Shown here: piece after piece, positions 35,432-47,051 of the stretch
Position numbering within the stretch: position 1 is the stretch's first letter
How the letters are laid out: each line of letters begins with the position of its first letter
NCBI GenBank assembly: GCA_035084275.1
Contig: CM068773.1
Span: forward strand, 2,170,001 to 2,234,000
Source of the DNA: Hydrolagus colliei
Lineage: Eukaryota
Length of the DNA stretch: 64,000 nt
Reading direction: 5' to 3'
Program-made: the position numbers and the translations under genes
The notes under the pieces: generated by a model
The model's input: only the letters and a program-made list of their open reading frames with translations
What the model was told of the DNA's origin: nothing
Database searches by the model: none

Positions 35432-37066
35432 ATGGCTGTGATGCAGTTTGAGTTTCCCAGGGCTTGTGGGAGAGTGTTGTTGTTGTTGTTGCTGGGCTCT
35501 CTGGCGCCCCCTCCTGGATCGCAGGCTGCTCACATCTTGGTGGTGCCTGTGGACGGGAGCCACTGGGTCAACATGAAGATTCTGTTGGAGGCCCTGAGCC
35601 TCAGGGGCCACCGTTTCACTGTCCTGAGGCCCTCGAGCTCCTGGTACATCTTGGAGGACTCCCCTCTGTACCGCTCGCTGACCGTGGACTCCAGAGATCT
35701 CAACCAGACCTTTGACAGCCAGGACTTCATGGACGAGCACCTCAAGAAGACTCTGGCAATCCGTGAGCGAGGTCGCTCCCTGTCGGCTGATTTAGAGATG
35801 AACGAGGCCAACTCGGACATCATAAAATCCATAAAGGCCCACGGACTAGACCTGGTCACTCTGGTTTTTGAGAATCAGATGCTCTTGGGCCTGCTGGAGC
35901 AGTCCAGCTTTGATCTGGTGCTGACCGACCCAGTACTGCCCCTGGGGGTATTGTTGGCATCTCACCTCAAGATCCCGCTGGTCTACAACGTCCGGTGGAC
36001 GTTCAACGGCGAAGGCCACATGGATATGGCCCCTTCACCGCTCTCCTACATTCCCATCTTCGGCTCGGGCCTCACCGACACCATGTCCTTCCTCCAACGC
36101 CTCCAGAACATCCTCTGGCACCTCTTGTACCTGGGCACCTACTACAACTACACGTCCAAGCTGAACAGTCTGTGCGAGCGTTACCTAGGCCCCGGCTCCG
36201 ACGTGGACTCGCTCTTGCGCTCGGCCGACCTGTGGCTGATGAGGGTGGACTTTGTGTTCGAGTTCCCACGGCCCTCGATGCCCAACATGGTGTACGTGGG
36301 CGGCTTCCAGTGCAAACCGGCCGGGGCCTTGCCCGAGGACCTGGAGGAATTTGTGGCCGGTTCCGGCTCCCACGGGGTGGTGGTGATGTCGCTGGGGACC
36401 CTGCTGGGGTCACTGCCCTCCAGGGTGACCGAGGAGATGGCGGGAGCCTTCGCCCGCCTCCCCCAGCGGGTGGTGTGGAGACACACGGGGCCTCGGCCTG
36501 CCCGGCTAGGCCCCAACACCCTCCTGTTGCCGTGGCTACCACAGAACGACCTGCTCGGCCACCCCAAGACCAGGGCCTTCGTGTCTCACGGGGGCACCAA
36601 TGGCGTGTACGAGGCCATTTATCACGGGGTCCCCGTCCTCGGCGTCCCCCTCATATTCGACCAGTTCGACAACCTCCTGCGGCTGGAGGCCCGGGGCGGG
36701 GCCCTGGTCCTGGATGTGGCCGGGATGGGGCCCGGCGAGTTTGGGCGCTCGCTGGACCGGTTGCTAGGCGACCAGGCCTACGCCGACAACATGAGGCGCC
36801 TGTCGGGCCTGCACCGTGACCAGCCCCAGCCCGCCCTGGACCGGGCCGTCTTCTGGGTGGAATACGTGATCCGGCACAAGGGGACGCCTCACCTGAGGCC
36901 CGCGGCCGCTGCCACTGATCTGGGCTGGGCCGCCTACCACAGCCTCGACGTGGCCTGTTTCCTCCTAACCGCTGCCCTGGCTCCGGCCTGCCTGCTCCTA
37001 GCAGGCTGCGGCCTAGTCCTGCGTTGCTGGCGAGCGAGGAAGGCGAGGAAAGCGAAGGGGGAGTAG
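35432..37066 (+). CDS. ugt5: UGT5-type UDP-glucuronosyltransferase, copy 8 (544 aa)
   Basis: Full ORF, all canonical motifs, ends KAKGE; start context GCGATGG. Confidence 0.93.
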   Translation: MAVMQFEFPRACGRVLLLLLLGSLAPPPGSQAAHILVVPVDGSHWVNMKILLEALSLRGHRFTVLRPSSSWYILEDSPLYRSLTVDSRDLNQTFDSQDFMDEHLKKTLAIRERGRSLSADLEMNEANSDIIKSIKAHGLDLVTLVFENQMLLGLLEQSSFDLVLTDPVLPLGVLLASHLKIPLVYNVRWTFNGEGHMDMAPSPLSYIPIFGSGLTDTMSFLQRLQNILWHLLYLGTYYNYTSKLNSLCERYLGPGSDVDSLLRSADLWLMRVDFVFEFPRPSMPNMVYVGGFQCKPAGALPEDLEEFVAGSGSHGVVVMSLGTLLGSLPSRVTEEMAGAFARLPQRVVWRHTGPRPARLGPNTLLLPWLPQNDLLGHPKTRAFVSHGGTNGVYEAIYHGVPVLGVPLIFDQFDNLLRLEARGGALVLDVAGMGPGEFGRSLDRLLGDQAYADNMRRLSGLHRDQPQPALDRAVFWVEYVIRHKGTPHLRPAAAATDLGWAAYHSLDVACFLLTAALAPACLLLAGCGLVLRCWRARKARKAKGE

Positions 37067-37227
37067 GGCAGGTGGGGAGAGGAGAGCGTGGAGAGAGTGT
37101 ATGAGGGACAGATTGTGGAATCATGAATAATAATGAATTATTAATAATGAATAATTAATATATGAGTGGCGAGGAGGGGAAATTGAGTTAGTTTCTCTAC
37201 GTGATCGGATGTTCTAAAATCCTCAGT

Positions 37228-37255
37228 AATAAAAAATCTGTAACATCACAATAAA
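37228..37255 (+). terminator. Tandem polyadenylation signals of UGT copy 8
   Basis: AATAAA at 37228-37233 and 37250-37255; equivalents at 32939-32944 and 32960-32965, and on the minus strand for copies 2-5. Confidence 0.6.
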
Positions 37256-37436
37256 TGGTTAATGATTTGCTCAGTCGCGGTGTGTGGGGGTCACTGAGAG
37301 ACAGAGAGATACAGAGACAGAGAGAGAGAGACAGGGAGTTCTGGAGAGAGACAGAGGAAATGGAGAGAGACAGTGGGAACAAGAGACAGCGAGCTAGACG
37401 TAGAGAGACAGAGAGATAGCGAGAGACAGATAGATG

Positions 37437-37550
37437 GCTGGATGGATGGATGGATGGATGGATGGATGGATGGATGGATGGATGGATGGATGGATGGATG
37501 GATAGATGGATGGACGGATGGACGAACGGACGGACGGACAGACGGATGGA
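37437..37550. repeat. (GGAT)n microsatellite within a GA-rich tract
   Basis: Direct inspection. Confidence 0.95.
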
Positions 37551-38029
37551 TACAGAGATACAGAGATACAGAGATACAGAAATGGAGAGAGACAGGGAGA
37601 TAGAGAAAGACATTGAGATAGAGAGAGATAGTGAGATGGAGAGTTGGAGAGAGACACAGAGATGGAAAGAGTCAGCAGGATGGAGAGAGACATAAATGGA
37701 ACGAGCAGGGATTATAGCAAGAGACAGAGAGATGGAGAGAGACCGAAAGATTATAGTGAGAGACAGGGAGATAGAGAGACAGGTAGATGGAGAGCTACAG
37801 AGAGACGGAGAGAGACAGAGAGATAATGAGACACAGAGAGATAGAGAGAGGGAGAAATGGAGAGAGACAGAGATGCAAATAGAGAGAGAGGGAGGTAGAG
37901 AGGCTGATGTTGTCTCTGTCAAGGTGATGAAGGATAAATGGCTTCACACACGCACACACAGCAACTGTCAGCCAGGCTGACACACACACAGCAACTGAGC
38001 TAGGCTCAGACACACATGCATTTCAATTC

Positions 38030-39210
38030 AGGAGGACGTCCCAAGGCGCTGGACAGTTACTGCCTCAGACCCAACTGAGGAAAGGGTGGGGAGGAAAGGG
38101 GTGGGTAAGTAGTTGCTGATGGGTCCATCGAAGAGGAGTCTTAAGGAGGTAACGGCAGAGGCGAAGCAGAGGGACTGCGTGAGGAGTTCCTGAGGTTGGG
38201 GCAGATTGGCTGAATGCTCGCCCACCAATGGTGGGGCAGGTGGGTCGGGGGAGGTGGAACAGGTCAATCTGTTGAGCGGAGTGGGCGGGCAGGTTGGTAA
38301 GGTGATAGGAGGTCACGGATGTAGGGTGGAGTGAGGTTGTGAAGTTGTGAGGACCAAAATCTTAAATTGGATCCTCTGGATGATGGGGAGCCAATGAGTC
38401 GGGCAAGGATGGGGGAAATGGGGATGTGGAGTTTGGAATGGTAGAGGACATGGGCCACAAAGTTCTGGATTATCTGCAGCCTATGGAGGGATGAAATGGG
38501 AATAATCCAGCAATGAAGGCATAGATGAGGTTTCAGTGAGATAGTGGCAGAGTCGGGAAATGCTGTGGAGATGGGGAAAGACAGAGCGAGTCATTGCTTG
38601 AATGTTGGGGAGAAAAGACAGTTGAGGGTCGAATAAGACACCTGGGTTTCTGACTGGCTTGGTGAGGTTGAGTGTGCAACCATGGAGGTTGATGCTGCCA
38701 GCTCCTGATGCAGGAAGGCACTGGCGCGAGCCACATTACGGCCTCAATCTTGTTGACATTCAACTGTGCAAAGTTAGCTCACATCCAGGACTTGATATCT
38801 GACAGACAGTCTGTCAGGACAGTGGTAGACCTAGATTCATAGAGGCAGAGAGATAGAGTTTAGTTAACCACATGTCTGCAGATGATGTCACCAAGTGAGA
38901 ACATACAGATGTTGAAAAATAAGGGGCCATGGACAGAGCCCTGGGGGACACCACAGGTGACATTGCGGCCGCTGGAAGAGAAACTGATGGTGGGGACAAA
39001 GTGTAGGAGATGAGAGAGGTAGGAGTCGAACCAGGCAAGGGCAGGTCCGTGGAGATTGAGGATGGAGGAGAGGCGGTGTAGGAGGATGGAATGTTCGACA
39101 GTGGTAAAGGGGTCAAGAGAGGTCGAGAAGGACAAGGAGGCAGAAAGAGCCCTGATCACAGATGTTAAGAGTGTCCTTTAGAGACTATGACCAGCGCTGC
39201 CTCCATGCTG
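38030..39210 (-). mobile_element. L2-clade LINE, degenerate 5'-truncated copy
   Basis: Reverse strand encodes DLS..F.TV.HSILLHRL, WFDSYLS and GVPQGSV.GP remnants, plus the L2 tail. Confidence 0.85.
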
Positions 39211-39439
39211 TGAGTAGGGGACAGTGCAGAGGAGTGGTGGGGTTTGAATACAAGCTTTCATGTTGGGAAGACATTCCAAGAGAGCGAGAGAGAGACAGAG
39301 AGAGACTCCAATGATGATTGGCCAGTCCATATGTGTCAGGGATAATAACTGAGCATGGACGGGACAGGAATCAATATTGATATCTTCAATAACCAGAAGC
39401 GCATCAAATATATTAGATTTCTCTATCCTCTTGGATCGA

Positions 39440-39822
39440 TTTCAAGATCCAAGAGGAGGGATGCTGTTTTCAAATCCCTCCACTCCTCTGCAACCCCCTA
39501 CGTCCCAGACCTCCTCTCTCCTCAAAACAGTACCCGTTGCCTTCGCTCCACCGGGTCTGGCCTCCTCCTTGTCCCCTGAATCCTCTGCTCCACCATCAGT
39601 GGCCGTGCCTTCAGCCACTGCACACCGAGGCTCTGGAATTCCCTCCCTCACACCCTTCGCCTCTTCCCCTCTCTCCCCAGTCTCAGGTCTCAGCTAAAGA
39701 CCTTTCTCTTCGATCGCACCTTTAGTCACCTTTCTCCCCCCTGCCCTTGGCTCGGGCCCGGGATCCGTTATTGTGAAGCGCTCATCGTGGAGGGCGCTAT
39801 ATAAATCCAAGTTGTTGTTGTA
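39440..39822 (+). mobile_element. L2-clade LINE 3' end
   Basis: L2 C-terminal remnant ending GGAGGGCGCTATATAAATCCAAGTTGTTGTTG. Confidence 0.7.
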
Positions 39823-39853
39823 GATATCACTGAAAGGTTGGATAATCACAGCC

Positions 39854-39953
39854 TCATTCATTCATTGTCACCTTTACTGTCAGCCCAGCTCTGAATCCCC
39901 GCAGTGGCAACAGCCGATTCTCTCCGTCTGAACTGAACTGACACCTCAACAGC
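39854..39953 (-). pseudogene. Terminal exon of an NLR-type (NACHT-LRR) gene
   Basis: TTTCAG acceptor, phase 2; RLLRCQFSSDGENRLLPLRGFRAGLTVKVTMNE-stop resembles the L..N.FS.DG...L..L...R..L.V terminal exon of shark NLRs. Confidence 0.65.
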
Positions 39954-40114
39954 CTGAAACACATCGAACAGCAAATAAACGTCTGATCACAATGTGAACG
40001 GGAAATTCTCCATGTCCCAGTTTTAATCAAGAAATGAATCACTTCTTTTCCATTCTGATAACCAAACCCTTTCTCCGAGTGTTTAACTACAAAATGACAC
40101 GTATAGTGCCTTTC

Positions 40115-40520
40115 GCGCCAGGAGGACGTCCCAAGGCGCTGGACAGTTAATGCTTCAGATCCGAGCTGAGGATGGGCGGGAGGTGGGGGGGAAGGTGGGG
40201 GGGAATAGGAGTTGCCCATGGGGCCATCGAAGAGGAGAATCTTGAGGCGAGACTTGAAGGAGACCATGGAGGAGGCGAGCGGAGGGACTGGGTTCCAGAG
40301 GTTGGGGGCAGAGTGGCTGAAGGCTCATCCGCTGGTTGTGGGGCAGGTGGGTCGGGGGACATGGAGCATCCAAGAGCTTGCTGAGCGGATGGTGGGCAAG
40401 TAGGGTGGGGCGAGGTTGTGGAGGGCTTTAAATGTGAGGACCAGGATCTTGCATTGGATCGTCTGGATGATGGAGAGACAATGGAGTCGGCGAGGATGGG
40501 GGAGATGGGGTCACAGAGTT
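40115..40520 (-). mobile_element. L2-clade LINE 3' fragment inside the NLR intron
   Basis: Matches other L2 3' ends (GGAGGACGTCCCAAGGCGCTGGACAG). Confidence 0.75.
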
Positions 40521-40553
40521 TGAAACATATTAAACACTGACACAAACACTCAC

Positions 40554-40721
40554 CTGATCCTCTCCAGGCTGGTGCAGGTCAGTGTGAGGCGGCGGAGAGC
40601 GGGGACAGAGGCGTCTGTGAAGGAGTTAGACCACAGGCCCAGCTGCCTCAGTGAGCGGCTTGTACTGAGAGCGGGGAACAGATCATCAACGCAGCCATCG
40701 GTCAGACTGTTACCGTCCAGC
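40554..40721 (-). pseudogene. 168-bp ribonuclease-inhibitor-type LRR exon of an NLR gene
   Basis: LDGNSLTDGCVDDLFPALSTSRSLRQLGLWSNSFTDASVPALRRLTLTCTSLERIR = two 28-aa LRRs. Canonical AG|GTGAGT donor, but the acceptor AG is absent (CCAC|GCTG). Confidence 0.75.
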
Positions 40722-40819
40722 GTGGAGATCAGAGACACAGAAACATGACAGGGATCAGAGTAGACAGTGTGTTTATTAATAGTAATAATAATCCTATAAT
40801 GTTTCTCACAAATTCTAGG

Positions 40820-42517
40820 CATTGGAGGAGAGGGTAGGAGAAATGGATAGAATAATTATAACCAGAGAGGAAGTTCTAAAAAGGTTGACGTCACTCAAGG
40901 TGGATAAGTCACCTGGTCCGGATGGGATGCACCCTAGGTTACTAAGGGAGGCACGGGAGCAAATAGCAGGGACTCTGGCCACGATCTTTCAATCTTCCTT
41001 GGACACAGGGGTCGTGCCAGAGGACTGGAGGATAGCTAATGTTACTCCCTTGTATAAAAAGGGGCAGAAGGACAAGCCTGGTAACTACAGACCAGTCAGT
41101 CTAACGTTGGTAGTGGGCAAACTTCTAGAGTCCATAATCAGGGACAAGGTAGATCTTCACTTAGAAAGATATAGGCTAATAAAGGACAGTCAACATGGAT
41201 TTGTTAAAGGCAAATCTTGCCTTACAAATCTGATAGAATTTTTTGATGAGGTAACGGAATGGGTGGATAATGGTAGCGCAGTTGATGTAGTTTACATGGA
41301 CTTTCAAAAGGCATTTGACAAAGTGCCACATGAGAGACTTATTAGGAAATTAAAGGCCCATGGCGTAAAAGGGACAGTGGCAGCGTGGATCCACAACTGG
41401 CTGCGAGACAGAAAGCAGAAGAGTTGTAGTGAGCGGCTGTTTTTCAGACTGGAGGGAAGTGAGCAGTGGTGTGCCACAGGGATCGGTTTTGGGACCATTG
41501 CTGTTCGTAATCTACATCAATGATCTGGACTTGGGTGTACGGAGTACAGTTTCCAAGTTTGCAGATGACACTAAGTTAGGGAGAATAGTAAATAGTGAGG
41601 AGGACAGTAGCCATCTGCAAGAGGATATAGACAAATTGGTAAAGTGGGCAGACACATGGCAGATGAAGTTTAATGCAGAGAAGTGTGAGGTGATGCATTT
41701 TGGGAGAAGAAATGAAGGGAGGCAATATAGGCTAGATAGTACAATTTTAAATGGTGTGAAGGAACAGAGAGACCTGGGGATAGTGTTAGTGACTCGTTGA
41801 AGGTGGCAGGACAGGTGTCTACCTGTCCTGCCACCTTAACAGCCTTGTCTAAGGCTGTTAAGAAGGCATATGGGATACTAGGCTTTATAAATAGGGGTAT
41901 AGAGTACAAAAGTCAGGAAGTGCTGACTAACCTCTATAAGACTTTGGTGAGGCCTCAGCTGGAATACTGTGTTCAATTCTGGTCACCACACTACAGAAAG
42001 GATGTGAAGGCATTGGAAAGGGTACAACGAAGATTTACTAGGATGGTGCCAGGATTGAGGGACTTCAGCTATGAGGAGAGGCTAGATAGGCTAGGGTTAT
42101 TCTCTCTGGAGCAGAGAAGATTGAGGGGAGACCTAATAGAGGTTTATAAGATCATGAGGGGTTTCGACAGGGCAAATAGAGAAAAACTATTTCCACTCGT
42201 GGGCGAATCTGTGACTCATGGTCACAGATTTAAAATAGTTTCAAGGCGAAGTAGAGGGGAGCTGAGGAGAAATTGTTTCACTCAGCGAGTTGTTCGAATC
42301 TGGAATGCATTGCCTGAAAAGGTGGTGGAGGCTGATTCGATAACAACTTTTTAAAGGGAATTAGATCTTTATTTAGGGAGAACAGGTCTATTAGGCTATG
42401 GGGAGCGGGCAGGGCAGTGGGATTGAATCGCTCTTTTCAAAGAGCCGGCACAGACTAGATGGGCCGAATGGCCTCCTTTTGTGCCGTAAAATTCTATGAA
42501 TCTATGAATCTATGAAT
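40820..42517 (+). mobile_element. CR1-clade LINE, 5'-truncated (~1.7 kb), RT domain, frameshifted
   Basis: KSPGPDGMHPR, NYRPVSLT, QHGFVKGKSCLTNL, DFQKAFDKVPH, GVPQGSVLGP, KFADD motifs; (TCTATGAA)n tail. Confidence 0.95.
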
Positions 42518-42779
42518 CTCAAAACGCCTCAATGAATATGCTACAGAGTGAATTGACTGTATATTTTGTGGGCGAAAAGCGAAAGCCAATTGCACACAGC
42601 AGTGTCCCACAAACAGTCTTGGATTGAGTTCCAATTATTATTGGGGGGTTTTCTAGAGACAATAAGATCAAGCATGTGGAGTAAAGAAGCTAGCCCAAGG
42701 TTCGCCCTTCCGGAAATCAAACCACGCCTGTAGTATAATTACTGGAGATCGGAGACACGGAGACGTAAAAGGGATCAGA

Positions 42780-43577
42780 GTAAACATGTGACAGCGACCG
42801 TTAGAGGGGGATGGAGATCACGTGACAGTTGGTGTGAGGGGAGCACGTGGCAGTTGGAAGGACAGCATGTGACAGTTGGTGGGATGGGGGCACATGGCAG
42901 TGAATGTTGGACTGGTGAGTGGCAGTGGGGGGTGAGGTGGTGAGAGGCAATGGGGGTTGGGGTAGTGAGTAGCAGTGAGGGTTTTGGAGAGGAGTGGGTA
43001 CTTAGCAGTGAGGGTTGGGCTGGCGAGTGGCAGTGAGGGTTTGGGTAGTGAGTGGCAGTGAGGCATGGTGATTGAGTGGCAGTGAGAGCTGGGGGGAGTG
43101 AGGAACATGGCATTGAGGGTTGGCGGTGGGGTAGGTACATGGCAATGAGGGCTGGGGGGAGAGAGGGACGGCGGCGTGTGTGGTGTGGGGAGAGGGGGAC
43201 GGCGGCGGGGCGGGGAGGGATGGCGGCAGGGGGGTTGGATAAGAGACAAATAGCGGGGGGGGAGACGGGGTCGATGTGATAATATGCAGATAGATAAATA
43301 GAGATGGGGGTGGATGTGAGAGAGGAGAGAGACACAGAGACACAGACAGAAAAACACAGAGATGGAGAGAGTGAGTGTAAGAGACACAAAGAGAGAGAGA
43401 TATTTACCTCCTGAGGAAATAGGCCACGAATGCGCACGCACCTCCGAATGTGTGCGCACCTTGCGATGCGCGCGCATGCGCAGTACGAAACCCCCGAAAA
43501 TATAGATATATCGGTATATCTCGATATGAGCCCATTGATTTATCTAAATTGGAACATTTCCATATCGACCGACCCTT
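42780..43577 (+). mobile_element. Partial hAT element related to 22040-23093
   Basis: From ~43150 it matches the right half of 22040-23093, including GCGCATGCGCAGTACG and the terminus CATATCGACCGACCCTT. Left TIR not found. Confidence 0.72.
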
Positions 43578-43589
43578 AACTTGGGGGTG

Positions 43590-44405
43590 ATGTGGTCACT
43601 GAGCCTGGTATGTGAGAGGACACGAGCTGTAGAATTCTGGATGATCTACAGCTTGTGGAGGGAAGAGTTGGTGAGGCCGACAAGGAGGGAATTGTCGTAG
43701 TCAAACCCTGAGGTGATGAATGTGTGTATGAAAGTTCTGGCAGCCTGAGGGGTGAGGCAATGGCAGAGTTGGGCAATTTTATAGAGGTGGCAGAAGTCAT
43801 GGTACAGATATGGGAAGATAGGACAGTTGAGGGTCGAGCAAGATGCCCAGGCTCCTGATAGGCTTGGTGAGGTGGATTGTAACCGTGGATGTTGATGCTG
43901 CCAATGCCTGAGGTATAACAACAACAACAACAACATTGCACTTTCACGTCGGGAGGACATCCCAAAACGCTGAACAGTCAGGTCAGGACCCGAGCGGGGG
44001 GGGGTGGGGGGAGGGTAGGAGGAAGGAGAATGGGAGAGTGGGAAGAGTTAGTAGGGCAGCTGAAAGCGCAGTCGAAGAGAAAGATCTTGAAACCGGCCTT
44101 GAAAGGAGGATTGGGAGGAAGCGAGTTGGAGGGATTGTGGGATGGAGTTCCACAGTGTGGGAGCAGAGTCGCTGAAAGCCTGGCTGCCAATGGTTGGGCG
44201 GTTAGGACGGTGGACGCAGGGCAGGCCTGAGGCTGCTGAACAGATGGTGTGGGCAGGTTGATAGAGAGACAGTAGGTCAGAGAGATAGCCGTGAATGGCC
44301 TTGAAAGTGAGGACGAGGATCTTGAATTCGATCGTCTGGGTGACGGGGAGCCAGTGGAGACGGGCGAGGGAGGGAGTGATGTGGTCGCAAAGCCTGAGAG
44401 AGTAG
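43590..44405 (-). mobile_element. Two adjacent L2-clade LINE fragments
   Basis: FIHTFITS..DYDNSLLVGL and LARLHWLPVTQTIEFKILVL remnants; internal (AAC)n tail at ~43917. Confidence 0.8.
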
Positions 44406-47051
44406 ATTTGCATTCAAGGACAGAACCTTGATGGTTAAAGTGAGAGGTAAGGTGGTGGAGGAGGGCAGACTGACAAAGGCAGCAAAGAGATTGAGGAGAC
44501 AGGGAAGCCATTTATTACGATGACATTTACCATTTTCCTTACTCTACACACACTCACACACACTCACACACACACCGAATAATTGTCAGAAAACCCCCAA
44601 TAATAAAGAATTGGTGAATTGGTGGAACCCACTGTTGACTGTTTGTGGGGGACACTGCTGTGCGCAATTGGCTGCCGTATTTCGCTCTCCCACAAATATT
44701 AATACAGTCAATTCACTTTGCAATATATTCTGTGAAGCGCCTTGAGACATCGATAAGATGTGAAAAGCACTATTATCAAATGCACAGATTATTATCATTA
44801 ATTATGAAGTATCGGCAGAAACTTGAAACTTTCCATACGTTGCAAGACTCTTTTTTATTTATTACTTCTCCATTCTTTGGATACTTGATGTTTCACGGCT
44901 TGCTGACTTTTCAAAATGTTGTTTGCAGAGATAGAGTCACTGTACCGGTAAATCAGGGTGTTTTATGGCGAATTGTACGCTTCCTTCTAGAAAGTTACAA
45001 GCATTTTAGCAAGATATCTTTACCTCAAAATACTTGAGATGTTTTGACACCAACCTGTCAGGATAAGATGTAGCTCAGTGGTTAGAACACTCACCTCATA
45101 AATGAGAGACATTCCTGCGCAGAGCAATATGTTGGGCAAGTTTCCTTACTCCACCCACCTCTGTCAGCTTAGATAGTATACAGTAAATGCAAGTTGTTTG
45201 AAAATGTGGACTTTCCAAAGAGCCGGCACAAACACAATGGGAACTAATGCCTCCTTCTATTCTGTACAACTCTATGATGATATCAATGCAATAAATTACA
45301 ACAACATTACATTTATTGAGCCCCTTTCACATCAGGAGGATAGGTTTCTCATTTCGCGACCAGTTGTGCTTGTATCATACCAGAAACTTCTGTGTTCTTT
45401 TTGCCTGTTTTCACTCATGGATTTTATGATGGGACTCTTAATACCTTTAGTGCTCCCAGATCACCGTCGGCTCAGGTTCGAGAGAGACAGAACTTGAGGA
45501 AGGACAGACAAAATAAAACACCTTCCACGCAAACATCATTCACACTTCCCAGACAGGGTCAGAGACACAGTAAAGCTCCCTCCACACTGTGCATCCATCC
45601 ACTCCCCCAGGTCATGGTTAGTGACACAATCAAGCTCTCTCTACACTGCATGCACACTCCTAGGTAAGCTGGGATATTTTTGTATTTAGCGAAGGTTAGT
45701 ACTGAGGGGAAAGTGAAATTTGTACAGTAAGAACTGCAAGGATCTTCAAAGATAAGAAATAAGATTTTATTTGATAATGGAAGCAGACTACAGGCACATT
45801 GAGACAATGGCAAACTATGTAGGTTTAGCTGGTTAGACTCCAGCAGTTGCTCCAATGCACACTCTGGGGTCTAGCCAACCTGTGCCTAATGCTGGAATTA
45901 GGTAAGCAGATGCGTCCCGCCAGGTAGCGAATGAGTGTGCACTTAAGGTAGCCATAAGTATGGTCAAAGATGAAGGTTTTCAGGCGGGACTTGAAAAAAG
46001 CGCGACCTCCAATGGTAGGGCGGACGGTGCAAGGGACCATCGGGAGGCCAGAGCCAGACCAGTGGAGCTGCTTGGTTGGTGGATTAGACAGAGAGGCGGT
46101 TCGGTGTGGGTGGGTGGTCAGAGAGTTGGAGTGAAGTGATTTGCACGTATGTGTGGATCTTGTAGTCGATCCATTTGGTGATGGGGAGCAGGTGGATCCT
46201 GGCCAGGATAATAGTAATCCTTGCATTTGATACACCATCTTAGCATGTCGTTGAGGTATCTCAAAGTAGTTTGGAAACTAGTGGTGTAATGGTGTAATGA
46301 ATGTATATTTTGTGGGTAAAACACGACAGCCAATTTTTGTACAGCAGTATCCGACAAATAACAACAACATTATACTGTATAGGGCCTTTCACTTTGGGAG
46401 GACGTCCCTAGGTGCCAAGGATTTTGGACCTGAGCTGGGAGAAAGGTTTGGGGAGTAGGGTGTGGAGGACAGTGGGGAGGGAAGGAGGTTGATTTGAAGC
46501 ATGGTTAAAGAGGAGGGTCTTGAGGTGGATCTTGAAGGAGGCAAGGGATGGATGGAACAAGTGTCTTGAAGGAGGTAAGGAAATAGGCTGAATGGACAGC
46601 GGGATGGAGTTCCAGAGGGTGGGAGAAGAACAACTGAAGGCCAATGGTGGGGCAGGCAAGGCAGGGGACGTAAAGCTGGCCAGAGCATGCTCAGCGGAGG
46701 AAGTGGGCAGGTTGGTAATGGGTTAGGAGGTTGCAGAGTTAAGAAGGGGGGCAGTGAGTGATGGAGTAAGAATGCGGAGGTGAGGTGGGGGATGAGGTGG
46801 GGGAGCTGGAAAGAGCAGTGGGGAGAGGACTCTTTACCCAGTTGCATCTTGGCTACGCAGGTCATTTGGGCTTACTGTGGCCAGTATCTCAGTGTGTGTC
46901 AATGTCATCAGCTCAGCAGGACAGTAGATTGTAGCGGGAATGAAAGTGACCACTTCATTTCATGATGGAGCCTGTGCTGTAGAATAGGCGGCTCTGTAAC
47001 TATTTCCAGGAGAGAAAACCACGGAAAATCTTACAGCAGCTCATCTAACCC

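Noticed and set aside
6510-37124. Many 60-270 aa ORFs overlapping the UGT genes in other frames or antisense
   Set aside because: By-products of the GC-rich, codon-biased UGT CDS; they recur only because the gene is repeated, and their lengths vary freely between copies.
39307-39360. C box (ATGATGA 39311-39317) and D box (CTGA 39349-39352), suggesting a C/D snoRNA
   Set aside because: Only ~42 nt between box ends, weak terminal stem, no evident host intron; likely chance.
40820-42517. Potentially active LINE (also L2 at 52620-54468)
   Set aside because: All copies are 5'-truncated, lack an endonuclease domain and carry frameshifts or stops.
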